Numbered from the stretch's first letter, positions 1 through 9,501 are shown. The stretch: DNA of 64,000 nucleotides from Nitrospirota bacterium (GCA_040758355.1 JBFLWF010000002.1:32001-96000), one strand, 5' to 3'. Translations and numbers: made by a program. Notes: generated by a model from the sequence alone, not told the origin.

Positions 1-1
1 C

Positions 2-958
2 ATTAATAAATGCAGGTTCTGTGCATTTTACCGTGATGTGGAAAGCCCTGATGCTTACCTTCTCAGCATGGATGATCTCTTTAAAAAAATAGACGAGACC
101 GTTTCCCTCGGCGGTACGCAGATTCTTCTTCAGGGAGGGATACATCCTGAGCTTGGGTTGGATTACTATACTAATCTCCTGAAATCCATTAAGGACAGGT
201 ATTCTATAAACATACACGGCTTCTCACCACCAGAAGTAAACTACCTTGCAGAAAGGCATGACATTACAATCAGAGAGACCTTGCTGATATTGAGACAGGC
301 AGGGCTGGATTCGATACCGGGAGGCGGAGCAGAGATACTTTCAGACAGAGTGCGAGAAGTCTTAAGCCCGAAAAAGATAAAATCATCTCAATGGCTGAAT
401 GTCATGGAAGAAGCCCATAAAATAGGGATGAGGACAACAGCGACCATGATGTTCGGCAGCGTTGAAGAACCTGAAGATATAATCGAGCACCTCGATGCAA
501 TAAGGACTCTTCAGGACAAAACAGGAGGCTTTACCGCATTTATCCCGTGGTCTTTCCAGCCTAAGAATACTGAAATAGGGTCAAGGGTCAACAGTCAACG
601 GTCAAAGGGGACTGTCCCAGATTTACGGACTGAGCGAAGCGAAGTCGTAGAATCGGGACTGTCCCCGTGGGGTGCTACTGCTGTGGATTATTTAAGAGTG
701 CTTTCACTATCGAGGATATATCTCGATAATGTGAGAAACATTCAGGCATCATGGGTTACGCAGGGACTGAAGCTTGCACAGGTTGCATTGAGATTTGGAG
801 CCAATGATTTCGGCTCTACAATGATAGAGGAGAATGTTGTCAGGGCAGCAGGCGTGAGTTACCGTGTATCGAAAGAGGACATAATACAGGCAATAAAAAG
901 CGCAGGATTCAAGGCTGCGCAGAGGGATACGTATTATAATCTAATAAAGGAATTTTAG
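2..958 (+). CDS. mqnC: Cyclic dehypoxanthine futalosine synthase (radical SAM, MqnC/CofH family), 5'-truncated by the window edge
   Basis: Frame open from base 2 (INKCRFCAFY, end of CxxxCxxC); LLQGG, PGGGAEIL, TATMMFG, QASWVTQG and GANDFGSTMIEENVV motifs; mqnB nearby. Carries a repeat-derived insertion at 578-666. Confidence 0.88.
   Translation: MNKCRFCAFYRDVESPDAYLLSMDDLFKKIDETVSLGGTQILLQGGIHPELGLDYYTNLLKSIKDRYSINIHGFSPPEVNYLAERHDITIRETLLILRQAGLDSIPGGGAEILSDRVREVLSPKKIKSSQWLNVMEEAHKIGMRTTATMMFGSVEEPEDIIEHLDAIRTLQDKTGGFTAFIPWSFQPKNTEIGSRVNSQRSKGTVPDLRTERSEVVESGLSPWGATAVDYLRVLSLSRIYLDNVRNIQASWVTQGLKLAQVALRFGANDFGSTMIEENVVRAAGVSYRVSKEDIIQAIKSAGFKAAQRDTYYNLIKEF
607..666. repeat. 60-bp REP-like palindromic element inserted in frame in mqnC
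   Basis: GGGGACTGTCCC-AGATTTACGGACT-GAGCGAAGCGA-AGTCGTAGAATC-GGGACTGTCCCC; imperfect inverted arms, length a multiple of 3. Confidence 0.75.
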
Positions 959-966
959 GAGGTCTT

Positions 967-1908
967 ATGTCGGAGTTATATGATGTAGTTATAATCGGCG
1001 GCGGCCCTGGTGGCCTTAGCGCTGCCCAGTATGCATCGAGGGCAAAGCTTAAGACAGTTGTTATTGATAAATCTGCAACTGCAGGCGCACTTGCATTTGC
1101 AAGCCTGATAGAGAATTATCCGGGCCTCGAAAGGCCTGTAACAGGCAAGGAATTGCTCGATATATTCCGCAAGCAGTCCATTGATTTCGGTGCAGAGTAT
1201 GTTGAGGCGCAGGTCATAGGCGTTTCGCTTGAAGGAGAGACAAAACAGGTCTTTACAATGGATAAAACGTATGAAGGGAAGACCGTTATTATTGCTACAG
1301 GTTCTATGGGAAGGAAGCCTACTATTAAAGGCGAGGCTGATTTTCTTGGCAGGGGCGTAAGCTACTGCGCTGTCTGCGATGCCGCATTTTTTAAGAGTAA
1401 GACCGTATGCGTTTTAGGCGATTCCGAAGAGGCCGCCAAAGAGGCAGCGTATTTGTCGAAGTTCGCAGAGACGGTTTATCTCATATCGCCGTCTAAGAAA
1501 TTGAAGGTGGATGACGACTATCCTGCATTAAAGATTCCGAATTTAAAAGTTATTTTAGGCAACACGGTAACATCAATAGAAGGAGATGAGCTTGTTGAGA
1601 GGATAAGGCTGAAAGATGCAGAAGGAAGTGAAAGAGCTATCGAGCTTTCAGGAGTATTTGTCTATCTTCATGGAAGCAAGCCTGTAATCGATTTTCTTCA
1701 GGGTGCAGTAGAGGTCTCGGAGGAGGAGTGCGTGTCCACAAACAAGATGATGGAGACAAATATCCCGGGTGTGTTCAGTGCAGGGGATGTGACATGTACG
1801 GAGGTGAGGCAGGTTGTGGTTGCAGCAGCGCATGGGTGTATTGCTGCGCTTTCGGCGGAGAAGTATATCTTCCACAGGAAGAGGAGAAGGTACGACTGGC
1901 ATGGATAA
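967..1908 (+). CDS. trxB: Flavin thioredoxin reductase, probably the NADPH-independent (DTR/FFTR) type
   Basis: GGGPGG FAD motif, SYCAVCDA redox motif, AGDVT; NADPH motifs degenerate (GDSEEA, ISPSKK); C-terminal ...YDWHG tail. Confidence 0.85.
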   Translation: MSELYDVVIIGGGPGGLSAAQYASRAKLKTVVIDKSATAGALAFASLIENYPGLERPVTGKELLDIFRKQSIDFGAEYVEAQVIGVSLEGETKQVFTMDKTYEGKTVIIATGSMGRKPTIKGEADFLGRGVSYCAVCDAAFFKSKTVCVLGDSEEAAKEAAYLSKFAETVYLISPSKKLKVDDDYPALKIPNLKVILGNTVTSIEGDELVERIRLKDAEGSERAIELSGVFVYLHGSKPVIDFLQGAVEVSEEECVSTNKMMETNIPGVFSAGDVTCTEVRQVVVAAAHGCIAALSAEKYIFHRKRRRYDWHG

Positions 1909-2281
1909 TGAATTAAAGGCAATGGTTCTGGATTACATGGAAAAAGGGTTTCTTGAGAACATCATCGATATGTTCAGGCATGATGAAAGCCTTTTCCCAA
2001 TGATAATCGATATGATGAAGGACGAAAGGGTGCGTGTGAGGCTTGGGGCTACTGCCCTCGTGGAGGAGTTGATAAAGCTTAAGCCAGAGCCGCTCATAAG
2101 GATGATTCCAGATATTGCGGAACTCCTGAAGGATGAAAATCCGACTGTCCGGGGCGACGGGGCAAATCTTCTTGACATTATAAAACATCAGGATGCACTT
2201 CCTTTTCTTTTAATTGCCGGAAACGATGCTGATTCAAATGTGAGAGAAATCGTCAAAGACGCAATTCAGAATATCCAGTAA
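1901..2281 (+). CDS. Small HEAT-repeat protein
   Basis: ATG 1901 overlaps the trxB end; LKDENPTVRGDGANLL and DADSNVREIVKDAI are HEAT-like repeats. Confidence 0.7.
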   Translation: MDNELKAMVLDYMEKGFLENIIDMFRHDESLFPMIIDMMKDERVRVRLGATALVEELIKLKPEPLIRMIPDIAELLKDENPTVRGDGANLLDIIKHQDALPFLLIAGNDADSNVREIVKDAIQNIQ

Positions 2282-2372
2282 TCTTTGTTTAATTTTTATT
2301 TAATGGCAGGTTGATTTTTTGTAGGCGAATGTGCCATTATAAATACGGAGTTTCAGAAGTTTTTGAACTGGT

Positions 2373-2408
2373 AAGGCCACAAAGACTTTTAGCTTTGTGG
2401 CCTTTTTT
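2373..2408 (+). terminator. Terminator-like hairpin in the csp upstream region
   Basis: AAGGCCACAAAG...CTTTGTGGCCTT followed by a T-run. Confidence 0.6.
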
Positions 2409-2460
2409 ATTAAGGTAACAGTTTCTGGGGCTTTAGTTTGTAAGTAAGGAGGTAAAAGAA

Positions 2461-2661
2461 ATGGCTAATGGAACAGTGAAGTGGTTCAATGAATCCAAGG
2501 GTTTTGGCTTTATAACAAGCGAAGACGGCAGTGATGTCTTTGTCCACTATTCTTCCATCCAGAGCAATGGATTCAAGTCCCTTGCCGAGGGTGACTCAGT
2601 CAGCTTTGATACTGAAAAGGGACCGAAAGGCCCCAAGGCGATCAATGTAGTGAAGCTGTAA
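2461..2661 (+). CDS. cspA: Cold-shock protein
   Basis: [15 protein letters not shown] (RNP1), DVFVHYS (RNP2); SD AAGGAGGT. Confidence 0.95.
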   Translation: MANGTVKWFNESKGFGFITSEDGSDVFVHYSSIQSNGFKSLAEGDSVSFDTEKGPKGPKAINVVKL

Positions 2662-2669
2662 TTGACAAT

Positions 2670-2708
2670 ATCCCCCTTGCTACTGCACTGCAGGGGGGAT
2701 TTTATTTT
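2670..2708 (+). terminator. Rho-independent terminator after csp
   Basis: ATCCCCCTTGC...GCAGGGGGGAT followed by TTTATTTT. Confidence 0.6.
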
Positions 2709-2718
2709 AGAGGAGATA

Positions 2719-3099
2719 ATGACTAATAGAAATAATTATGCTGCAAAGATGGCATTAAAAAGGCAGAGCAGGTCTGCTGCCGGTCTTGTTTCAGAACGGT
2801 TCCCTCAGGTTTTAGACATTGTAATCCATATGACCTATTATCAAAAGGGACCAAATCCGGTTCTTATGCTGCGTACTGTAAATATCTTTCCTGCCTCTTA
2901 TGCCTATTTTAAGATGGATTGTGTGATAAAAGGCTGTGACGGGGGCGGTTTTGACCTGACATCTGTAGTTGACGACATGGTTAAAACCCATAAGAGGGTG
3001 AAAAAGGGGGCTCTTGTTTGTCGTGGAAAAACCGATACTCATTCTCCTGACCATGCAAGTATCGAGTATGACATCGCGATAAAGTATAACAAAGCTTAG
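2719..3099 (+). CDS. Hypothetical protein with Cys/His residues, csp-linked
   Basis: SD GAGGAG before ATG 2719; CVIKGC..GGFDL..LVCRG..H pattern. Confidence 0.65.
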   Translation: MTNRNNYAAKMALKRQSRSAAGLVSERFPQVLDIVIHMTYYQKGPNPVLMLRTVNIFPASYAYFKMDCVIKGCDGGGFDLTSVVDDMVKTHKRVKKGALVCRGKTDTHSPDHASIEYDIAIKYNKA

Positions 3100-3136
3100 A
3101 CAAGCATAAAGACGAATTTCACTGAGAGGAGGACCC

Positions 3137-3286
3137 TTGGCAAGAGCCGGAGCATATAAGAGCGAGAAGAGAAAAAAGGAATTATTGAGGCAGAAAAAAC
3201 AGGAAGAGAAGAGACAGCGGCGATTAAAAAAGGACTCGACAACAGACGAAAAAGATGAACAGAAGACTATCGAAGAAAAAGAGTAA
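3137..3286 (+). CDS. Small charged protein, 49 aa (MARAGAYKSEKRKKELLRQKKQEEKRQRRLKK...), not in the ORF track
   Basis: Strong SD GAGGAGGA, TTG start, open frame to TAA 3284-3286. Confidence 0.65.
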   Translation: MARAGAYKSEKRKKELLRQKKQEEKRQRRLKKDSTTDEKDEQKTIEEKE

Positions 3287-3316
3287 CAGCCAGGCCCCTG
3301 AGTAACACTCCTTAAT

Positions 3317-4213
3317 TTAAATCCTTGCCTTTGCCGATTTTACGGTATTCTCAAGAAGCATTGCGATAGTTACAGGTCCTACACCGCCGGGCACAGGCGT
3401 AATCAGGGACGCCTTTTTCGATACGCTATCGAAATCTATATCACCAACCACACGGCTGTTTTCGAGGACATTTATTCCTATATCAACAACAACGACGCCG
3501 TCTTTTACCATGTCACCAGTGATGAGATTCGGCCTTCCTGCAGCAACGCATAAAATATCTGCCTGCCGCGTCATCTCTGCAAGATTCTTTGTCTCCCTGT
3601 GGCAGACAGTGACAGTTGCCTCTTTTGTCAAAAGCATGAGGGACAGGGGTTTTCCCACCGCGAGGCTCTTTCCTATTACAACAGCATGCTTTCCTTTTAT
3701 TTCCACATTATAATATTCAAGCAGCCTTATTACACCAAATGGCGTACACGGCAAGAAACCCAGATGTTGTGTTATTGCCGGATCGTACTGTTTTGAGTAA
3801 AGCTGGAGCGTTGATTCCTCAGCAGCAAACTTTCCTATTGGAATTGAGCCGAGGCCGTCAACATCCTTTTCAGGAAGTATTGAGTTTACGATTTTCCTGC
3901 TGTTTATCCTTCTCGGAAGGGGAAAGAACACGAGCAGCCCGTGAATGCGTTCATCGTTATTTATAGCATGTACAGAATTTAATAGTTCGTTCATGCTGAC
4001 CGATTCTGGAAACCTGTATTCGTAAGGTGTTATGCCTGTGCTTTTGCATGCCTTTAAGGTGGCAGAAAGATATTGCTTTGATGATAGGTTATCCCCTACG
4101 AGCATTAATGCGAGTCCTACATCAATGCCCATGCCGTCGAGCATCTCGACTTTCTGCTTTACATTGTTTTTTATCTCCTCTGCAAGTCCCTTTCCTTCCA
4201 TTATCTTTGCCAT
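3317..4213 (-). CDS. folD: Bifunctional methylenetetrahydrofolate dehydrogenase/cyclohydrolase
   Basis: PEKDVDG, PCTPFG, VGKPL, ITPVPGGVGPVT motifs. Confidence 0.93.
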   Translation of the reverse strand: MAKIMEGKGLAEEIKNNVKQKVEMLDGMGIDVGLALMLVGDNLSSKQYLSATLKACKSTGITPYEYRFPESVSMNELLNSVHAINNDERIHGLLVFFPLPRRINSRKIVNSILPEKDVDGLGSIPIGKFAAEESTLQLYSKQYDPAITQHLGFLPCTPFGVIRLLEYYNVEIKGKHAVVIGKSLAVGKPLSLMLLTKEATVTVCHRETKNLAEMTRQADILCVAAGRPNLITGDMVKDGVVVVDIGINVLENSRVVGDIDFDSVSKKASLITPVPGGVGPVTIAMLLENTVKSAKARI

Positions 4214-4214
4214 G

Positions 4215-4898
4215 CTATACCCCTTTTATTGCCTTTAAAAAGGCATCTGTATCTGAAAGGTCTTTCATTACCAAATCTGCGCCGGCTTCCACAAGGCTGC
4301 TGACAGAATAAGGCCCGGTGGCAACTGCAATGCAGGATGCACCGTATGGCTTTGCACAATGGACATCCCGTGGCGTATCGCCGACTATTATGCAGTCGTT
4401 GAAATTTATTTCTTTGCCGGAAATGCCTTTAAACCTTTCTAATGCGATTGGAAGCAGTTTATTTCTGTCCTCGTCATCATTGCCGAATGCGCCTGAAGGG
4501 AAATAGCTGTTCAATCCGAAAGGATCGAGCTTTATCCGCGCCCCCTGTTCGATATTTCCTGTAAGAAGTCCGAGTTGGTAATTGCCATTTCCGGATGTAA
4601 GCATTTTTAAAGCCTCTTTAATGCCGGGTTTGACATGCTTTTTGTCATTATTTATCTCTATGACGAGATTTTTTATGTATGTATTGATAATCTCGGGAAG
4701 TATTCCGTTTTCTGACGGCAGATTGTGTTTGGCAACGCCCTCCTTCATTATCTGGATATCCGTCTTTCCTGCCATGCTGATGCCTTCGAAGGCATTGTCA
4801 ACAGAAAAAAGTTCCTTGAATGCAAGGTCTAAAGAGCGTGTTCCTGCACCTCCTGAATCGATGAGCGTGCCGTCAATATCGAACAGTATGAGCTTCAT
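4215..4898 (-). CDS. HAD-superfamily hydrolase (phosphoglycolate phosphatase-like)
   Basis: LFDIDGTL motif I, LLTGN, VGDTPRD; ATG 4898 preceded by a promoter-like sequence. Confidence 0.85.
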   Translation of the reverse strand: MKLILFDIDGTLIDSGGAGTRSLDLAFKELFSVDNAFEGISMAGKTDIQIMKEGVAKHNLPSENGILPEIINTYIKNLVIEINNDKKHVKPGIKEALKMLTSGNGNYQLGLLTGNIEQGARIKLDPFGLNSYFPSGAFGNDDEDRNKLLPIALERFKGISGKEINFNDCIIVGDTPRDVHCAKPYGASCIAVATGPYSVSSLVEAGADLVMKDLSDTDAFLKAIKGV

Positions 4899-4983
4899 GT
4901 GTTTACAATAATCGGTTTTCTTTCTGTAAGTCAACGGATATGCGAAGATGTTATAATAGTGCCTGAATTCGACAGGAGGTTTT

Positions 4984-5559
4984 ATGAGGGACAGACTTAT
5001 ACGATTAATTTACGAAAGGGCATTTAAATACAGCGAAGAACCGATATTCAAGCTGGTTTCGGGTCGCATGAGCAATTATTATTTCAACTGCAAGATGGTA
5101 ACGCTTAATCCCGAGGGGATGTATCTCATAGGCAATATCGTATTTGATATGATAAAAGACATGAAAGTTAAAGGCATCGGAGGCCTCACCCTCGGTGCAG
5201 ACCCGATAGCGGATGCTGTTGCCTATACGTCATATCTCAAAGAAAAACCAATCGAGGCATTTGTCGTCAGAAAGAGTGCAAAGTCCCACGGAACAATGCA
5301 GTGGATAGAAGGCGATGTAAAGGCAGGGGATGGAATTGTTATTGTTGACGATGTAATTACCACAGGCAAATCAACGATTGAGGCAATAACAAGGGCAAAG
5401 GAGGCAGGGCTTGAGATTGTTAAGGTAATTGCCCTTGTTGACAGGCAGGAAGGCGGATACGAAAACATAATGGAGCAATTGAAGGATATCAAGGTTGACT
5501 ATAAGCTTGTGGAAGCGGTTGTAACGAGGGATGATGTGATGAGATTATATAAAAAATGA
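4984..5559 (+). CDS. pyrE: Orotate phosphoribosyltransferase
   Basis: FKLVSGRMSNYY, RKSAKSHG, VDDVITTGKS PRPP motif. Confidence 0.93.
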   Translation: MRDRLIRLIYERAFKYSEEPIFKLVSGRMSNYYFNCKMVTLNPEGMYLIGNIVFDMIKDMKVKGIGGLTLGADPIADAVAYTSYLKEKPIEAFVVRKSAKSHGTMQWIEGDVKAGDGIVIVDDVITTGKSTIEAITRAKEAGLEIVKVIALVDRQEGGYENIMEQLKDIKVDYKLVEAVVTRDDVMRLYKK

Positions 5560-5572
5560 CAATGATTTGCTG

Positions 5573-5736
5573 ACAGCAGGGTGGGGCTGACTTGAAGCAA
5601 AATTTCTGGGTTCTCTAAGGGGCAAAGTAACGACTGCCCCCTACTTTTGCACTGAATAGAATATTTATATTCTGTTTTAGCTTAGATAAAGCACAAAGGA
5701 TTAATAATTTTGCGAAAGTCAGTCCTACCCTGCTGT
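5573..5736. mobile_element. MITE-like element with ~31-bp imperfect terminal inverted repeats
   Basis: Left ACAGCAGGGTGGGGCTGACTTGAAGCAAAATT versus reverse complement of right arm ACAGCAGGGTAGGACTGACTTTCGCAAAATT; non-coding AT-rich interior; fills the pyrE/mqnB gap. Confidence 0.6.
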
Positions 5737-6407
5737 TAAGGTGCGATTTCTAAAAAGAATCTCTGCGCATTCCCCGCTGCTTTGATAATGGTTGCTTTAT
5801 TGAGCGGCTCTGCTGTCCTATCCTCGATAATATTGCTTATACCTCTTATCTCTGCCACAGGAATACCTGATAATGCACATATATTGGCGATTGCAGCACC
5901 TTCCATATTTTCGCAAATTGCATTGAATCTTTTTTCTATCTCTTTCCCCTTTTCCAATGTGCCAGTGCATGTTGACACAGTAACAAAGTTACCCTTTACC
6001 ATGGAGTTACTCAATTTTTCTGGAACGAACATGGGAAAATCGTTTTCAGTATATCCGAGAATCTCTTTTATGGTGAAAAAGCCATTCTTCGCCATTAATC
6101 CTTCGTCGCCGTAAATCTCTTTTTTCGCAATGACTACATCTCCGATTTTTAATCCCGATGACGGATATGCTCCTGCAATGCCGATGTTCCACACAAAATC
6201 GGGCTTGAATCTTTCTATTAGGAGTGCTGTCCCGTGAGCGGCGTTAGTCTTGCCTATACCGCATATGCAAATAACTGCATGAATATTTTTACCTAACGAA
6301 CCTTTATAGAAGTACTTTCCCTGTATAGAGATCTCTTCTTTTTCTGAAAGCTGTTTTATGACTAAATCAGCTTCTATTTGTGTTGATGCAATAATTCCTG
6401 AGAGCAT
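5736..6407 (-). CDS. mqnB: Futalosine hydrolase
   Basis: GIGKTNAA, GIAGAY, EIYGDEG, TVSTCTG, ENMEGAA, RGISN (PNP/MTAN fold). Confidence 0.85.
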   Translation of the reverse strand: MLSGIIASTQIEADLVIKQLSEKEEISIQGKYFYKGSLGKNIHAVICICGIGKTNAAHGTALLIERFKPDFVWNIGIAGAYPSSGLKIGDVVIAKKEIYGDEGLMAKNGFFTIKEILGYTENDFPMFVPEKLSNSMVKGNFVTVSTCTGTLEKGKEIEKRFNAICENMEGAAIANICALSGIPVAEIRGISNIIEDRTAEPLNKATIIKAAGNAQRFFLEIAP

Positions 6408-6892
6408 CAATCGCTTATCTCTTTTGCCGGCTCTTTTTCTTCGAGGATGTATTTCACCTTTACATCCATATCCTTCCTCAGAGAGTTATAAACAGAGCAG
6501 TACTTTTTGTGGGAAAGCGATATTGCACGCTCAACCTTTTTGTGGTCTAAGTTTTTCCCTGCAATGTTTAATATCATCTCAACTGCCTTGAAATATTGTG
6601 GAGGGGTTGGATTTCTCTCTCCAATAATATCCATCTTAAAATTGGCTATTTCTGCCTTCATCTTTTGAAGGAACATCACCACATCGATTCCCATGCACCC
6701 TGCAAGGCTCAGGAGTAATGCGTCTGTTGGTTTGCATCCCCACTGCACATGGGCATCGAACTCTATCTCATATCCCTCATTGGTTCTGCCTACAAATATA
6801 AGATCTCTATCCCACGATAATGTGGCTTTTACAACCGGACTGATCTTTTCTTTATATCCTTTCAGGGATTCTTCGAGTTTTTCCTCTGACAT
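6407..6892 (-). CDS. OsmC/YhfA family protein
   Basis: KPTDALLLSLAGCMGIDV and KKYCSV motifs. Confidence 0.85.
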   Translation of the reverse strand: MSEEKLEESLKGYKEKISPVVKATLSWDRDLIFVGRTNEGYEIEFDAHVQWGCKPTDALLLSLAGCMGIDVVMFLQKMKAEIANFKMDIIGERNPTPPQYFKAVEMILNIAGKNLDHKKVERAISLSHKKYCSVYNSLRKDMDVKVKYILEEKEPAKEISD

Positions 6893-7046
6893 CTTAAAAT
6901 CCTCCTCCGATATAATTTCATGGATTTTATTTAAACCGGCAATACGTAGTCAAGATGCACTTTAATTCCTTAATGTTCTATGATAAATTATCACATCTGC
7001 TTTTACGGAAAATAATAACATTACACATATATTGCGGAGGGGAGAG

Positions 7047-7370
7047 ATGAAGATTTTGGCAGGCCGGATTTTGACTATAGTGCTGATAATGTTTTTTCTT
7101 GTTGGTGTTGCTACGGCGGTTCCGATTGGAAGGGTTCTGGAATGGAAGACAGGAATAAGCACGGTTGTTTTCGACGGCGGCATCCATGCTCAAAAAGGTT
7201 TTAAGTGCAGCGACTGCCATCCCGACCCGTTCATGATGAAAAAGGGATATGCAAAAATGAAGATGGTTGAGATCATTAAGGGGAAATACTGCGGCAAATG
7301 CCATGACGGCGAAAAGGCATTTGCTTCAAATAAGGCAGAATTTTGTGCACGGTGCCATAAGAAGATGTAA
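7047..7370 (+). CDS. Periplasmic c7-type triheme cytochrome c
   Basis: Signal peptide; three CxxCH motifs (CSDCH, CGKCH, CARCH); HDGEKAF. Confidence 0.88.
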   Translation: MKILAGRILTIVLIMFFLVGVATAVPIGRVLEWKTGISTVVFDGGIHAQKGFKCSDCHPDPFMMKKGYAKMKMVEIIKGKYCGKCHDGEKAFASNKAEFCARCHKKM

Positions 7371-7395
7371 TTAAAAGGAGCAGGCAGGCGATAAA

Positions 7396-8934
7396 ATGCA
7401 AACCATCGATACAGATTTCCTTGTCATCGGCAGCGGCGTTGCAGGGCTCAGGGCAGCTATAGAGCTTGCCCGGCACGGCAGGGTTACTGTTGTCACTAAA
7501 GACATCCCCACAGAAAGCAGCACAGAGTATGCACAGGGAGGGGTAGCAGTTGCATTAAGCGATGAAGACGAAGTAGGCATTCACTTCGAAGACACCATAA
7601 AGGCAGGCGACGGCCTCTGCAGGGAAAATGCAGTGAAGGTGCTTGTGGAAGAAGGGCCTGCAAGAATCCTTGAGCTTATAGAGTGGGGCGCGGAGTTCGA
7701 CAAGGAAGGGACAAAGCTTTCCTTTACCATAGAGGCAGCCCATTCAAGGAGGAGGATACTCCATGCCCACGGAGACTCAACAGGCAAGGAACTGGAAAGG
7801 GTGCTCATAAATAAGGTCAAAACATTCAAAAATATACAGAGACTTCAATTTTGCACGTCAATCGACCTCATTGTTGAAGATGAAAGATGTCTCGGGACAT
7901 ATGCGTTAAAAGACGGCGATATTATTGCTGTTCATGCGAAGGCAACATTGCTGGCAACAGGCGGCGCAGGGCAGGTGTTTTCGAGGACAACAAATCCTGC
8001 TGTTGCGACTGGTGACGGCATGGCCATTGCGTACAGGGCAGGAGCTATTCTCGAGGATATGGAGTTTGTGCAGTTTCATCCCACCGTGCTCTTTGCACCG
8101 GCTGCCCCGCAGTTTCTATTGAGCGAGGCAATGAGGGGAGAAGGAGCAATTCTGAGAAATATATTTAAAGAGCCGTTTATGAAGAACTATCATCCTGATG
8201 CAGAGCTTGCACCGAGGGATGTAGTCTCAAGGGCGATTATATCGGAGATGGTGAGGACAAACAGCAGCAATGTATATCTCGATCTCACGCATCGGGATTC
8301 GGAATTTGTTAAGAAAAGATTTCCGAGGATTTATTCCACATGCCTTCAGTATGACCTGAACATAACAAGGGAATTGATACCTGTATCGCCTGCAGCTCAT
8401 TACATGATGGGAGGTGTAAAAACAGACCTCAATGGTGCAACGAATATAGATGGCTTGTATGCAGCAGGAGAGGTTGCATGTACAGGTGTTCACGGCGCCA
8501 ACAGGCTTGCAAGCAACAGCCTCCTTGAAGGGCTTGTGTATGGGTACAGGGCAGGAGTTGCCGCTGCGCAGCAAGGAGGTCAAGGGCCAAGGGTCAAGGG
8601 TCAAGAAAGAAAAACCTCTGATATATCCGCGCCTGATTTTGATCTGGAAGAGGTGAGGACATCACTCAGAAGACTCATGTGGGAAAAGGTCGGGATAATA
8701 AGGTGCGGCGTTTCTCTTAATGAAGCAATGGAGAAATTATCGGAGTGGAAGCATATACTCGAAATGGATTTTAATACGAGGCGCGGGCTTGAGTTAAAGA
8801 ACATGCTTACCGTGGGATTTTTGATAACCGGGACAGCATTGGAGAGGAAAGGCAGTGTCGGTGCTCATTACAGATCTGACTTTAAAGAGCGAGGCGAAAA
8901 CTGGCAGAGGCATATAAGTGTGAGCAGGGAATAA
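7396..8934 (+). CDS. nadB: L-aspartate oxidase
   Basis: GSGVAG, AQGG, EAAHS, QFHPT, ELAPRDVV, AHYMMGG, HGANRLASNSLLEG. Confidence 0.95.
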   Translation: MQTIDTDFLVIGSGVAGLRAAIELARHGRVTVVTKDIPTESSTEYAQGGVAVALSDEDEVGIHFEDTIKAGDGLCRENAVKVLVEEGPARILELIEWGAEFDKEGTKLSFTIEAAHSRRRILHAHGDSTGKELERVLINKVKTFKNIQRLQFCTSIDLIVEDERCLGTYALKDGDIIAVHAKATLLATGGAGQVFSRTTNPAVATGDGMAIAYRAGAILEDMEFVQFHPTVLFAPAAPQFLLSEAMRGEGAILRNIFKEPFMKNYHPDAELAPRDVVSRAIISEMVRTNSSNVYLDLTHRDSEFVKKRFPRIYSTCLQYDLNITRELIPVSPAAHYMMGGVKTDLNGATNIDGLYAAGEVACTGVHGANRLASNSLLEGLVYGYRAGVAAAQQGGQGPRVKGQERKTSDISAPDFDLEEVRTSLRRLMWEKVGIIRCGVSLNEAMEKLSEWKHILEMDFNTRRGLELKNMLTVGFLITGTALERKGSVGAHYRSDFKERGENWQRHISVSRE

Positions 8935-9002
8935 ATACAATTAACTGAACCGCTGACTTTTTGTGATATACTGTATAAAGTAAGTTGGTTGGAGGGTTTT
9001 GT

Positions 9003-9254
9003 ATGTTAACAGAATATATTGAAGAGGCCCTAAAAAGGGCTCGTTATGAGATTATAGACGACGAAGAGCCTTATTACGGGGAAATAGACGAACTTAAAGG
9101 TGTATGGGCTTCAGGGAAGACCCTTGAAGAATGCAGAAATAATCTTAAAGAAGTTGTAGAGGGCTGGATACTTTTGAGTATTAAAAGGGGGCTTCCAATT
9201 CCGCCTTTAGGAAAAGTCGAAATAAAAGAAATACCCGAAGAAGCCCTTGCTTAG
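9003..9254 (+). CDS. hicB: HicB-family antitoxin (short, no DNA-binding domain)
   Basis: YYGEIDELKGVWASGKTLEECRNNLKEVVEGW. Confidence 0.85.
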   Translation: MLTEYIEEALKRARYEIIDDEEPYYGEIDELKGVWASGKTLEECRNNLKEVVEGWILLSIKRGLPIPPLGKVEIKEIPEEALA

Positions 9255-9479
9255 ATGTCTAAACTGAAGCCTGTCTATCATAATGAACTTATAAAAAGAC
9301 TCAGAGAACTCGGGTTTAAAGGCCCATTCAGCGGCGGTAAACATCTATACATGATTAAAGATACTTTAAGACTTACCATTCCCAATCCACATAAACAGGT
9401 CATCGGAATTGATCTTTTAACAAGAATCCTCAAGCAGGCGGGCATTGCAAGAAATGAATGGATAAGAGAAGAAGAGTAA
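9255..9479 (+). CDS. hicA: HicA-family toxin
   Basis: LGF..GGKHLYM..LTIPNPH..IG..LL.RILKQAGI. Confidence 0.88.
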   Translation: MSKLKPVYHNELIKRLRELGFKGPFSGGKHLYMIKDTLRLTIPNPHKQVIGIDLLTRILKQAGIARNEWIREEE

Positions 9480-9501
9480 AAAACTCTCTCGGAGTGATTA
9501 T

